From contig CALQYY010000002.1 of NCBI GenBank assembly GCA_943349075.1, forward strand, positions 1 through 42,993: 42,993 bases of DNA, in the 5' to 3' direction. This DNA comes from Candidatus Magasanikiibacteriota bacterium. GTDB taxonomy: Bacteria > Patescibacteriota > Patescibacteriia > Magasanikbacterales > 2-02-FULL-50-9b. The notes beneath the pieces are model-generated. The model searched no databases. It saw only the letters and a program-made list of their open reading frames with translations, and was not told where the DNA came from. Below are positions 1-8,240 of the stretch, piece by piece (the stretch's first letter is position 1; the number at the start of each line of letters is the position of its first letter). The position numbers and the translations under genes were made by a program.

Positions 1-2343
1 ACAATTGCAACAACAGATCTTAAGAACGTTAAGCTCAATGTTGCAGGTATTCAGTATGGTGCAACTCAGGATCTTGGTGCAGACAACACTCTCTCATTTG
101 ATTTCTCAGGTGCAGCAGATGGTGGTCTCAAGCTCCTTGCTGGTCAGACCAAGTTTTTGGATCTCGTTGGTGATATTGCTGGTGGTACAAACCGCACATT
201 CGCTTTCAGCATCCAGAACCAGGAAGATGTGCAAGCTTATGACAATGCATACAAGGTATTCGTACCAGTATATGCATGGTCTTCAGACGCTTTCACAATC
301 CAAACTCTTGCAAACACAACTGTAAATACAGGTAATCTTACAACATCAATTGCAGTAGGCGCTCCAAATGGTAACGTTGCACTTAACGCTTCAAGCGTAA
401 CAGTTGCTCGTTTCAACTTGTCAGCAGCTGGCGAAAATGTGAAGATTACAGGTCTTACAGTTACTTCAACAGCATCTTCATCAACGATTCCATTCAAGAA
501 TGTTAAGTTGATGCTCGACGGCACTCAGGTTGGTTCAACTGTTGCATCTCTTGCTTCAGGACTTCCAACTTCTTACACTTTCAGTAATAACTTTACAGTT
601 AAGGTTGGAACTCCAAGTGTTCTTGAAATCGTTGTTGATTTGAATGATTCTGAACTTGTACTTAATGGTGCAAATAAGACATTCTCATTCGGACTTGTAG
701 TAGGTTCATCTAATGCACAGGGCATTATCTCACTTACTTCAATGTCAACAGGTGCAGTTAATGGTAACACTTTGACTCTCAAGTCAGGTGCTCCAACCGT
801 ATCTCAGAACACAGCATTGGTTAACGCATCAACTTCTACACCAAGTGGTGTAATTAATGACACTGATGTTAAAATTGGTTCATTCGTTATCTCAGCAGGT
901 GCAGGCGAAGGTACTAAGATCACTTCACTTTCACTTCAGGACAACTCTGTTGCTTTGAATGGCCTCTTCAGCAATCTCCGCATCCGTGGTTTGAATGCTG
1001 CTGGTCAGTACGGCGACCTTGCTCCTGGTGTAGGTAACTTGAGCGGTTCAGGATCAACATACTCATTCTCATTGCCAACTGCACTTACTCTTACAAAGGG
1101 TCAGCAGTACGTAATGGACGTTGTTGCTAATGTTCTCTCAACAACTTCATCTTCAGCACTTGACATGGCTAATACAGCTGTTATCAAGGTTAAGGATGCT
1201 TCAGTTGCATACCAGACACTCGAAACAGCACAGAGCAATACAATTGCGACTGGTGCGACAGGACAGGTTGTATACCTTGTTTCAAAGGGCTCACTTGCAG
1301 CAGCAGTTTCAGCAGATACCCCAGTTGCACAGCAGCTCGTTATGGGTGCAACAAACCAGCCTATCTTGAAGTTCAAGCTTACAGCTGGTAAGTCAGAAGA
1401 TTTGTCAGTATCTGAACTTGCAGCAGCGGTTACAATCATGGCTTCAACAACTCCAACAGGTATTCTTTCGAATATCCGTTTGCTTGATGGTGACGCACAG
1501 GTTGGAAATGCAGTTGCTTCACTTACAGCATCTGACGCTTCAGCAACACCTGCAACTTCAACTGCATATGCGAAGTTCTCAGCATTGTCAATCACAGTGC
1601 CAAAGAATACTTCAAAGACATATACATTGGTTGCGGACGTAGCAGCATCTCCAGACATCTACTCAGGTCTTAATTTCACTGCATACTTGGTGAATAGCTA
1701 CGATCAGTCAGGAAGTTTGGCAATCATTGCAAAGGGTGCAAAGAGTGGTGCAGCAATTACAGCAACAGGTGTAGTTGCGGGCCATAATTCTTCAACTGTA
1801 CGTGGTAACTTGCTTACTGTGTACAAGACAAAGCTTACTGTTGCTCACGCTGCAAATGCTCCATCTGGCGCATCTTCAAAGAGTGCAACACAAGTAGTAG
1901 CTAAGTTTGTAGTTTCAAACTCAGCAAATGTGAACAACCAGGCTGCAGATATCTCGTCAATGGACTTGACCGTTGCAACTTCAATTTCACAGGTTGGAGA
2001 TGTTGTAGTAACTCTCTATAAGACGGAATCACGTACAACAGCAAACTCACTCATCACAACAACTTTGACGGGTGCAGGTGGTCAGACTGTATTACTCGGT
2101 TCGTTACGTTCTGAGACTACTGATCCAATGTTTACCATTGGAACACATACATTTACCGCGGTTTCAATTGAATCTGGTACATCTCAGACATTCACTGTAG
2201 AGATGGACACAAGCGATGCATCAGCTAACAACACCCTTACTGTGGGTCTTGCAGCTGGTGACCTTGGTTGGTCAGATGGCTACTCAGCACGTCTTACTTC
2301 AGTTGACAGCTTGCCACTTACTGGCAAGACACTTACTTACTAG
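1..2343 (+). CDS. Large modular Ser/Thr/Ala/Val/Asn-rich secreted surface protein (S-layer/adhesin-like, family not recognised); 5' end lies outside the window
   Basis: Frame 1 is open from nt 1 (TIATTDLKNVKLNVAGIQYG...) and runs into the listed 157..2343 ORF, ending at TAG 2341-2343. There is no Cys in the visible 780 aa. It contains repeated modules. Codon choice is strongly biased (ggt, gca/gct, act/aca, tca, gtt/gta), unlike the neighbouring genes. A strong terminator follows. Confidence 0.8.
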   Translation, partial: TIATTDLKNVKLNVAGIQYGATQDLGADNTLSFDFSGAADGGLKLLAGQTKFLDLVGDIAGGTNRTFAFSIQNQEDVQAYDNAYKVFVPVYAWSSDAFTIQTLANTTVNTGNLTTSIAVGAPNGNVALNASSVTVARFNLSAAGENVKITGLTVTSTASSSTIPFKNVKLMLDGTQVGSTVASLASGLPTSYTFSNNFTVKVGTPSVLEIVVDLNDSELVLNGANKTFSFGLVVGSSNAQGIISLTSMSTGAVNGNTLTLKSGAPTVSQNTALVNASTSTPSGVINDTDVKIGSFVISAGAGEGTKITSLSLQDNSVALNGLFSNLRIRGLNAAGQYGDLAPGVGNLSGSGSTYSFSLPTALTLTKGQQYVMDVVANVLSTTSSSALDMANTAVIKVKDASVAYQTLETAQSNTIATGATGQVVYLVSKGSLAAAVSADTPVAQQLVMGATNQPILKFKLTAGKSEDLSVSELAAAVTIMASTTPTGILSNIRLLDGDAQVGNAVASLTASDASATPATSTAYAKFSALSITVPKNTSKTYTLVADVAASPDIYSGLNFTAYLVNSYDQSGSLAIIAKGAKSGAAITATGVVAGHNSSTVRGNLLTVYKTKLTVAHAANAPSGASSKSATQVVAKFVVSNSANVNNQAADISSMDLTVATSISQVGDVVVTLYKTESRTTANSLITTTLTGAGGQTVLLGSLRSETTDPMFTIGTHTFTAVSIESGTSQTFTVEMDTSDASANNTLTVGLAAGDLGWSDGYSARLTSVDSLPLTGKTLTY
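19..2050 (+). repeat. At least 4 divergent tandem protein modules of ~160-180 aa inside the surface protein
   Basis: Motif B recurs as KNVKLNVAGIQYG (nt ~19), FKNVKLMLDGTQVGSTVASL (~493), FSNLRIRGLNAAGQYG (~967) and LSNIRLLDGDAQVGNAVASL (~1468). Motif A recurs as ARFNLSAAGENVKITGLTV (~398), IGSFVISAGAGEGTKITSLSL (~865), ILKFKLTAGKSEDLSVSEL (~1357) and VAKFVVSNSANVNNQAADISSMDL (~1893). The period is ~470-540 nt. The repeat is visible at protein level only. Confidence 0.6.
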
Positions 2344-2379
2344 TTCTCTAGTTTGTAACGTCTTCTGTAGAAGAAATGG

Positions 2380-2408
2380 AGCCGCCCTTCGGGGCGGCTT
2401 TGTTTTTT
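2380..2408 (+). terminator. Rho-independent terminator of the surface-protein gene
   Basis: AGCCGCCC-TTCG-GGGCGGCT forms an 8-bp GC-rich stem with a TTCG tetraloop, followed by TTGTTTTTT. Confidence 0.85.
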
Positions 2409-2428
2409 GCTAGACTTAGCGTTTAATA

Positions 2429-2457
2429 TTGACAATTTTTTAAATTTGTAGTATAGT
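2429..2457 (+). promoter_or_regulatory. Sigma70-type promoter for the Cys-repeat lipoprotein gene
   Basis: TTGACA (2429-2434), a 17-nt spacer, then TATAGT (2452-2457). A GGGAGG Shine-Dalgarno at 2505-2510 sits 6 nt before ATG 2517. Confidence 0.65.
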
Positions 2458-2516
2458 TTTTAGTCGCGTTTGTAGAGTTACTGCGCGAGTAGTCGATCTT
2501 TTTCGGGAGGTTAGTC

Positions 2517-4193
2517 ATGGGCCGTATTTCTTTGTTACTTCTGGCGTTTGTGTTTGTGCTCGTTGGCTGTATGGAAGAGGAGAAGGAATTATCCTCGAAG
2601 CAGATGGCCGGTGAGGTCCAGCCGCCGGATAGTGGCGGAGCAGATATCTCGGTGGCGGAGGTGTCGCAAGGCACCGACGCTGCGATCGAGGAGGATGCGA
2701 CCGATGCGGTCGATGCGGCGGAAGTCGCCGCTGACGTTGAGATCGCGAGTCTCGACACTGAAGAGGTGTCGGACGCGATGGACGCTGAGATGGTCGACGA
2801 AGTTGCCGCTGAGGTCGCCGATGTTTCGGATACGACCGAGGTTACTGAAACGGTCGATGATACAGAGGTTTCAGTCAGTGATGCTGACGCCGCAGTTGAC
2901 GCAACAGAAACCCAGGGTGCACAAGATGTTCCGGATGTTTCAGTCGAAGACACAGATTCTGTGATTGAGATCGCGGGAGATGTGTCTGTGGTGATTGACG
3001 CGGATGACACCTCTGACGTCGTTGCTGATACTGCTGAAGTGCTTGAAGAAGTTACGGGTGGTGACGCTGTGGTAGATGTCCAGCAGGACATTGCGCCGGA
3101 TGCGCCACCCGATGTGACGTCTCAGGACATTCCGGGGGAGACTTCGCCCGATGTTCCGCCTCCGGATCCTTGTCTCACACTCAACTGTGACGACAAGAAT
3201 CCATGCACGCTGGATTCGTGCAGCAAGACTCTTGGTTGCAGCAATGCGCCGACGGTCGTGATGTGCGAGGATGGGAATGCGTGCACTGTTGGCGATGTTT
3301 GCATCTCAGGCACGTGTACGGCTGGGGCGCCAACAAAGTGCAACGACGGCAATCCCTGCACCACTGACAGTTGCGATCCGAAGTTTGGCTGCTTTTTTGC
3401 GCCAAACTCGCTTGCGTGCGAGGATGGCGACATCTGCACCGAAGGCGAGAAGTGCTCAAGCGGCAGCTGCACGGCAGGACAGACCAAGAACTGCAGCGAC
3501 GGCAACGTATGCACGAGCGATGCGTGCGACTCGGTTAAGGGGTGTGAGAACAAACCGATGACTGGGGTATGCAGCGACGGCAATGCATGTACAGAAAGCG
3601 ACTTCTGCTCTGCGGGGTCATGTTTTTCAGGGACAGCGAAGGCGTGCGACGACGGAAATGCGTGCACCAGTAACGTGTGCGACCAGGCCAAGGGGTGTGT
3701 GAACGCTCCGAACTGGGTGTTTTATGACTTGGAGGACGCTAAACTACCGCTGAACTGGACACTTGGCGGGAATATGCAAGTCACGTGCAGTTTTGGTAAC
3801 GAATTCAAAACTAAATGTGTCTTTCTGGTTCCGCAAGGAGCTCCGGCGTACACAACCTCATTTGCGGAGCTCGATCTGGATAAGGTCCGTGCGAGCTACA
3901 AGATGGGGGAGAGTGATCTAAATATTCGGCTTTGGAGCGGCAGGTTCCAATTCGTGAACAATATGGATACCATGATGTCGTCTATCGTGGACGGTGCTGG
4001 TAAAAACATTCTCTCCAAAGTACTCGACGGAGCTACGGGAACCGCTGTTTTACAGAAGTTCATTGTCCCGAAATCGGGTTTGCTACTTCGCCTTATGCTT
4101 GTGCTGACGGAGAAGCCACTCCTGACAGGTCCGGCAGTCTGGGGCAGGGTTCTGATCGCTCCGGTTGAGTGCACGCCACCCGTGACTCCTTAA
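2517..4193 (+). CDS. Secreted lipoprotein with a polyacidic low-complexity stalk, seven cysteine-rich CxDGNxCTxDxC-type repeats and an unknown ~160-aa C-terminal domain
   Basis: The lipobox is MGRISLLLLAFVFVLVG-C. Residues ~40-218 are almost only D/E/A/V/T/S. The Cys repeats lie at 3171-3710. The gene has a strong SD, promoter and terminator. G+C is visibly higher than in its neighbours. Confidence 0.8.
   Translation: MGRISLLLLAFVFVLVGCMEEEKELSSKQMAGEVQPPDSGGADISVAEVSQGTDAAIEEDATDAVDAAEVAADVEIASLDTEEVSDAMDAEMVDEVAAEVADVSDTTEVTETVDDTEVSVSDADAAVDATETQGAQDVPDVSVEDTDSVIEIAGDVSVVIDADDTSDVVADTAEVLEEVTGGDAVVDVQQDIAPDAPPDVTSQDIPGETSPDVPPPDPCLTLNCDDKNPCTLDSCSKTLGCSNAPTVVMCEDGNACTVGDVCISGTCTAGAPTKCNDGNPCTTDSCDPKFGCFFAPNSLACEDGDICTEGEKCSSGSCTAGQTKNCSDGNVCTSDACDSVKGCENKPMTGVCSDGNACTESDFCSAGSCFSGTAKACDDGNACTSNVCDQAKGCVNAPNWVFYDLEDAKLPLNWTLGGNMQVTCSFGNEFKTKCVFLVPQGAPAYTTSFAELDLDKVRASYKMGESDLNIRLWSGRFQFVNNMDTMMSSIVDGAGKNILSKVLDGATGTAVLQKFIVPKSGLLLRLMLVLTEKPLLTGPAVWGRVLIAPVECTPPVTP
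3171..3710 (+). repeat. Seven ~24-27 aa cysteine repeats alternating between two subtypes
   Basis: Type A units: CDDKNPCTLDSCSKTLGC, CNDGNPCTTDSCDPKFGC, CSDGNVCTSDACDSVKGC, CDDGNACTSNVCDQAKGC. Type B units: CEDGNACTVGDVCISGTC, CEDGDICTEGEKCSSGSC, CSDGNACTESDFCSAGSC. From memory these resemble the Dictyostelium CTDC repeat (Pfam Dicty_CTDC). This has not been verified. Confidence 0.6.
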
Positions 4194-4199
4194 CAACTA

Positions 4200-4260
4200 G
4201 ACCGGCAAGTTTCGCTTGAGCAGTTTTTGGCTCGCGACACTTGCCGGTCGGTTTTTTTTT
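4200..4260 (+). terminator. Rho-independent terminator of the lipoprotein gene
   Basis: GACCGGCAAGT (4200-4210) pairs with ACTTGCCGGTC (4239-4249) over 11 bp, around a partly self-paired insert. A run of nine T follows at 4252-4260. Confidence 0.75.
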
Positions 4261-4269
4261 CGCTAAACT
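4241..4269 (+). promoter_or_regulatory. Possible promoter giving a (near-)leaderless transcript for the first Wzy_C-TPR gene
   Basis: TTGCCG (4241-4246, inside the terminator's 3' arm), a 17-nt spacer, then TAAACT (4264-4269). ATG 4279 is only 9 nt downstream and has no SD. Confidence 0.35.
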
Positions 4270-4278
4270 AGGCATACT

Positions 4279-6189
4279 ATGAAATTGAACTCTCAAATAT
4301 TTTTGGCCTCTCTGTGTCTTTTGCTCGCGACCCCATTTTTGGTTGTGGAAGGGCTTCAGTTTCCTTACCAAACAACTCGAATTATTGCGTTTTCTGTTGC
4401 AATGGTTGGCTTGCTTGGGGCAACACTTTGGCGCGTACGGGAAGAGAAAAGTTTTCGCGAGCGAATTTCAGAGGTCGTTTCACATCCCATCGCAATCATA
4501 TATGGGCTCTATATTGGATGGCTTTTTGTTCGAACGCTGCCAGTTTTTTCCGCAGAAGCTTTGTGGGGAACGTGGTTTCGTTTTGATGGAATTTTGTTTG
4601 AAACGGCTTTTTTGTGCGCGATAATTGCAATTGCTGCGTGGTCTGCTGAGTTTGAATTTCGAGGAATCCAAAAGAAATCGTATGTTATTTTTGGAATGGC
4701 TGCGATATTTTCTCTTATAGTTTTTCCTGCATTGTCGCTCGATCGATATGTAGGACTTCTTCCTGAGGGGCGTTTTAATGGATCCGTTGGTAACCCTCTT
4801 TTTTTGGCTGGGTTGCTTTTGTTTTTTCCACTGTTTGCATCTCACTTTAAGAATCAAACACTAACAGCTATTATTTCTGTCGTGAGTCTTGGGTTTTTGT
4901 ATGCAACTGGAACGCGTGGAGCATTTCTTGCGGCATTTGTTGGGGTGCTCGTGCTTGTATGGGAGTCGAAAAAAATTCAGAAATCGGTGCGTGTTGGAGT
5001 GGTGAGTGTCGCACTTACGTTGGTTCTTGTTGCAGGTGTGTTGGTTTTAACAAACAAGATTTCAATTTCTCGAAGTGTAACAATTGCAACGCGTTTTGAA
5101 ATGTGGAAATCGGGCGCGCGCGAACTACTGCATCAGCCGCTCATCGGATTTGGAATGGGTGAGTATCGAAACAATATTGATCGCGGCTCGGCGAATTTGA
5201 GCGAGGTTTCATATGGCGAGATTTCGGACTCAACGCATTCGGCATATCTCGATATTGCGCTGAAGGGCGGCGTCATTGCACTTCTCATCTATGTTTTGTG
5301 GATTGGGGTAGTGTACCGTTCAATTGCAGGAGAAGACAAAGCGCTCGCGCGAGCAACGGTGGCAGCTTATTCTGCACTACTTGTAACATCTCCATGGATG
5401 GCGTGGACCGCGATACCACTTATTTTTGTGATTGCAGGTCACATTGGACGCAAAAAAAGTTTGCCGTTTATTAATTATTCGTTCATTGCTTTGAGCTGTC
5501 TTGTTATATTTTTGTCTGCGCTCACCGCTGTTTTTGCTACGCAAAGCGCTCGATATCTTGATCGTGTGGCAGATGCGATGGCTGTGCAGAAGTTTGTGGC
5601 GTTTCCGGAGGGAATGCTTGCGACGAATAAGTTCCTACCCTTTTCGAGTGATTTTGGGGTTGAGCTTTTGCGACTCACCATGCCAACAGGAACTTTCGCA
5701 GTTTCACCAAGTTTTGGAAGTTATATCAAGGGGAAAGTGTTGCCTGTATTTTCTGCGGTGGAGCTACGCACACTTCATCCTGATAGCCTCAATGTCGCTG
5801 CAACCTGGGCAAGCTCGTATGCGTCGGCAGGTCTTACAGGTGAGCATAATGTGTGGTTCGAGCGATCGCTCAGTTTGCAAAAACGGGCGCTTGCAATCAA
5901 TCCAGAGCGGCCAGCAGCGGTTTTTCAGGCAGCAGATTCGCTGAGAGAAATGGGACATATGTCAGAGGCAATATCGATGCTCAAGGACTTTGCGGATAAG
6001 CACCCAACACTTCCTGAGGCTCATTTTTATCACGCCTTGATGGTTGATATCTCAGGAGATGTGCACGGCGCGTATATGATTGAACAGCAAATCAAAAAAG
6101 ATTTCCCTAATTATGGATGGAAGGAAAGTTTAGCTGGGTGGTTCACCAGTATCGAAGCGCGCGCTCAGAAATTGCCTGCTTCAAAATAG
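4279..6189 (+). CDS. O-antigen-ligase-like (Wzy_C) polytopic membrane protein with a C-terminal TPR-like domain, paralogue 1
   Basis: It has many hydrophobic spans. Shared motifs are GTRGAFLAAFVG, GFGMGEYRN and DSTHSAYLDIALKGG. The C-terminal ~200 aa is helical-repeat (…ALAINPERPAAVFQAADSLREMGHMSEAISML…). The N-terminal P-F-L-V-V…F-P-Y segment is shared with the other three paralogues. Confidence 0.75.
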   Translation: MKLNSQIFLASLCLLLATPFLVVEGLQFPYQTTRIIAFSVAMVGLLGATLWRVREEKSFRERISEVVSHPIAIIYGLYIGWLFVRTLPVFSAEALWGTWFRFDGILFETAFLCAIIAIAAWSAEFEFRGIQKKSYVIFGMAAIFSLIVFPALSLDRYVGLLPEGRFNGSVGNPLFLAGLLLFFPLFASHFKNQTLTAIISVVSLGFLYATGTRGAFLAAFVGVLVLVWESKKIQKSVRVGVVSVALTLVLVAGVLVLTNKISISRSVTIATRFEMWKSGARELLHQPLIGFGMGEYRNNIDRGSANLSEVSYGEISDSTHSAYLDIALKGGVIALLIYVLWIGVVYRSIAGEDKALARATVAAYSALLVTSPWMAWTAIPLIFVIAGHIGRKKSLPFINYSFIALSCLVIFLSALTAVFATQSARYLDRVADAMAVQKFVAFPEGMLATNKFLPFSSDFGVELLRLTMPTGTFAVSPSFGSYIKGKVLPVFSAVELRTLHPDSLNVAATWASSYASAGLTGEHNVWFERSLSLQKRALAINPERPAAVFQAADSLREMGHMSEAISMLKDFADKHPTLPEAHFYHALMVDISGDVHGAYMIEQQIKKDFPNYGWKESLAGWFTSIEARAQKLPASK

Positions 6190-8147
6190 AGTCGGAATTT
6201 TTCTGCTTCCGATGGCATTGAGTTATCCAATAGTTGGTTGTAAATATAATTTGCAACTTGAGGTGGTTTAAATTCGTACCGTGCGGTCATGAGGAAGGAA
6301 AGTTCTTCCCAGGCGGATGCGTGTTTTTTGAGTGCAAACAACGTCAATGCTCGTTGCCAGTGTGGCGTTGTGAATTCGGGATTTAATTTGATCGCCGCAT
6401 CAAAATACGACAGTGCTTTTCCGGGGTTATTTTGCAATAGTGCAAGTTGGCCGAGTTGCAAAATAGGTTCTTGTCTTTGTGGTGAAAGCTCGGCGTATTC
6501 GGCGAATAGTTTTTCGGCGAGCTTTGCGTCATCACTATTTTTCGTCAGAGAAAGTAATTGGTAGGCGCTATTTGCGAGAGATGATTTCCATGCCCCACTA
6601 TTTGAATATTTGTTGTTGAACTCTGAAATTGTTGATCGCAACCACGAAAGATCTTCTAGGTGGAGCTGTCGTTCTTTTTGCGATAGCGCGGCATATCCAG
6701 CTGGGTTTTGCCAGTACTGCCCAACAATTCCGTGAGATAGCACTGTGAAATAATCAAGAGGAAATGGCGTTGATGTCAGATTATTTTGAAGCGCTTGTAT
6801 TGACCTGTGCTCGACTTCGTAAGTTGTATTTAATTTGATTGTTGCAAGCAGTTCTGATGAGTCTTTGACAATTGGAACGGTAGCCTGTGTGATAATAAGA
6901 AAAATGCTGAGTGTGAGAGCTGAAAATAGTGGCAGCTGAATTTTTTTAGCCTTGATTGATTTGAGATGTGAGCTTAGGAGGGAAAGTGTAAAAATGAAAA
7001 CGATCACACTTCCGTGTGTTTCAAACGAAGAAAGATTTTGTGTTGCAGCTGCTACAAGTATTCCAAGAAGAATTGAGAATTGATGTGGTGCAAATTTTGT
7101 CATCAGCACCGCATTAAACGTGGTGAGTAATAAAAAAAGATACGCGAGAAGTCCAACAAGTCCAGAGGTAACAGCAATTTCGAGAAAATAGTTATGCGGT
7201 TTGTCAGCGTGAGTTTCGGCGATTGTGTATTCGGTGAGTTTCGGTGCGAAATATTTGTCTGCTGCGAGGCTGTAATTTTCTGGACCCCAACCGAGAACTG
7301 GCTTGTCTTTAAAACCGTTTGACGCCATGCTCCAATTGTACAGACGTGTTGTGATGGTTGTTGGGGTGATGATGTTTTTGTTGAATGCGATGAATGCGAA
7401 GGCGGCTGCAAGGGCGCAGATAGAAACAAATCCAATGAGGATAGCTCGTTTATACGGTTTTGTTTTGTAGAAGTAATCGGTTAGAGCAACAAGGATTCCT
7501 GCAAATAGTCCGAGAAGTGGGCCGCGTGTTTGTGTGAAAAAAAGTGAGATTCCAGCGAGAATAACTGAAGCTCCTGAAACAAACCACCAAGAGGAATATT
7601 TTTTTTCTTCAAAAAGTTTTATCGCGATGATGCCGATGCTGAGCGTTAGGTAGGATCCGTAGAAAATTGCATTACCGAGGGTGCCACCGATTCGAGCGCC
7701 TGAAAATGTTTGTGAAAATCCAGGAAGAAGTTTTTGAAGAATTCCCCAGAGTGCTGCAGTTGCAACGGTTAAAGCAAAAAAACGAAATAAAAAAGTTTTA
7801 TTCTCTTCTCTTGTTAAAGCCTGTTTCAATCCAAAATATGCAACAAGAAGTGTTGGCCAGAGAGAAAATGCAAAGCTTCGTTCGAGTGAACCCCATATAC
7901 TGTGTGTGCGGTCGACGCTGAAAATTGTGCTGAGCCCGAGCGCGAGGACAAAAAGAACGAATGCGATGTCTAGTCGAGTGAGGGGGCTTATGGTTTTTTT
8001 AACAACATCTCGAACAAGCAGAGCTGACCAGAAAGCACAGAGAATCGTAATAAAAATCCATCGGGGTAGTGTATAAGGAAATGGGAGGTTTGTGAGAACT
8101 ACGAGGGGGGATACAAGAAAAAGCGCCGCAAAAATTCGATGGAGCAT
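6165..8147 (-). CDS. O-antigen-ligase-like (Wzy_C) membrane protein with a C-terminal TPR domain, paralogue 2
   Basis: Motifs are QTRGPLLGLFAG, GWGPENYSLAADKYF and DKPHNYFLEIAVTSGLVG. The TPR-like tail reads …AELSPQRQEPILQLGQLALLQNNPGKALSYFDAAIKLNPEF…. It converges on paralogue 1 and overlaps it by 25 nt. Confidence 0.78.
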   Translation of the reverse strand: MLHRIFAALFLVSPLVVLTNLPFPYTLPRWIFITILCAFWSALLVRDVVKKTISPLTRLDIAFVLFVLALGLSTIFSVDRTHSIWGSLERSFAFSLWPTLLVAYFGLKQALTREENKTFLFRFFALTVATAALWGILQKLLPGFSQTFSGARIGGTLGNAIFYGSYLTLSIGIIAIKLFEEKKYSSWWFVSGASVILAGISLFFTQTRGPLLGLFAGILVALTDYFYKTKPYKRAILIGFVSICALAAAFAFIAFNKNIITPTTITTRLYNWSMASNGFKDKPVLGWGPENYSLAADKYFAPKLTEYTIAETHADKPHNYFLEIAVTSGLVGLLAYLFLLLTTFNAVLMTKFAPHQFSILLGILVAAATQNLSSFETHGSVIVFIFTLSLLSSHLKSIKAKKIQLPLFSALTLSIFLIITQATVPIVKDSSELLATIKLNTTYEVEHRSIQALQNNLTSTPFPLDYFTVLSHGIVGQYWQNPAGYAALSQKERQLHLEDLSWLRSTISEFNNKYSNSGAWKSSLANSAYQLLSLTKNSDDAKLAEKLFAEYAELSPQRQEPILQLGQLALLQNNPGKALSYFDAAIKLNPEFTTPHWQRALTLFALKKHASAWEELSFLMTARYEFKPPQVANYIYNQLLDNSMPSEAEKFRLYFEAGNF

Positions 8148-8157
8148 ATTGGTTAAA

Positions 8158-8187
8158 AGTATACGGTGTCGCGGTGCGTGGGGTCAA
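8158..8187 (-). promoter_or_regulatory. Minus-strand promoter for paralogue 2
   Basis: On the minus strand: TTGACC (8187-8182), an 18-nt spacer, then TATACT (8163-8158). The ATG (8147-8145) is 10 nt downstream, so the leader would be very short with no SD. Confidence 0.5.
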
Positions 8188-8194
8188 TATTGAG

Positions 8195-8223
8195 TTGATT
8201 TTTTTGTCTTAATAAGGTAGACT
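8195..8223 (+). promoter_or_regulatory. Plus-strand promoter for paralogues 3-4 and the downstream GT operon
   Basis: TTGATT (8195-8200), a 17-nt spacer, then TAGACT (8218-8223). The implied TSS near 8230 lies downstream of the GTG at 8226, which favours ATG 8241 as the start. Confidence 0.5.
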
Positions 8224-8240
8224 CAGTGCCAGAAATATCT

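Noticed and set aside
5-325. 106-aa plus-strand ORF in frame 2 at the window start
   Set aside because: It is out of frame with the long modular surface-protein frame, which is open from nt 1. Its Gln/Leu-rich product is a by-product of the biased codons.
1101-1658. 185-aa minus-strand ORF (and several 60-95 aa ORFs) inside the surface-protein gene
   Set aside because: It lies antisense to a strongly codon-biased, low-complexity gene. Its Ala/Ser/Val-rich product mirrors the sense composition. It has no SD or promoter. The plus-strand frame is far longer and modular.
2311-2325. LPLTG pentapeptide (sortase LPXTG-like) six residues from the C-terminus of the surface protein
   Set aside because: A sortase sorting signal needs a hydrophobic span and a basic tail after LPXTG. 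Only KTLTY follows here, and no sortase gene is in the window. It is most likely coincidental.
2423-3691. Minus-strand ORFs of 222 aa (2423-3091) and 189 aa (3122-3691) opposite the lipoprotein gene
   Set aside because: They are artefacts of the acidic low-complexity and Cys-repeat coding periodicity. The 222-aa ORF would run through the promoter and SD of the plus-strand gene. No initiation signals are present.
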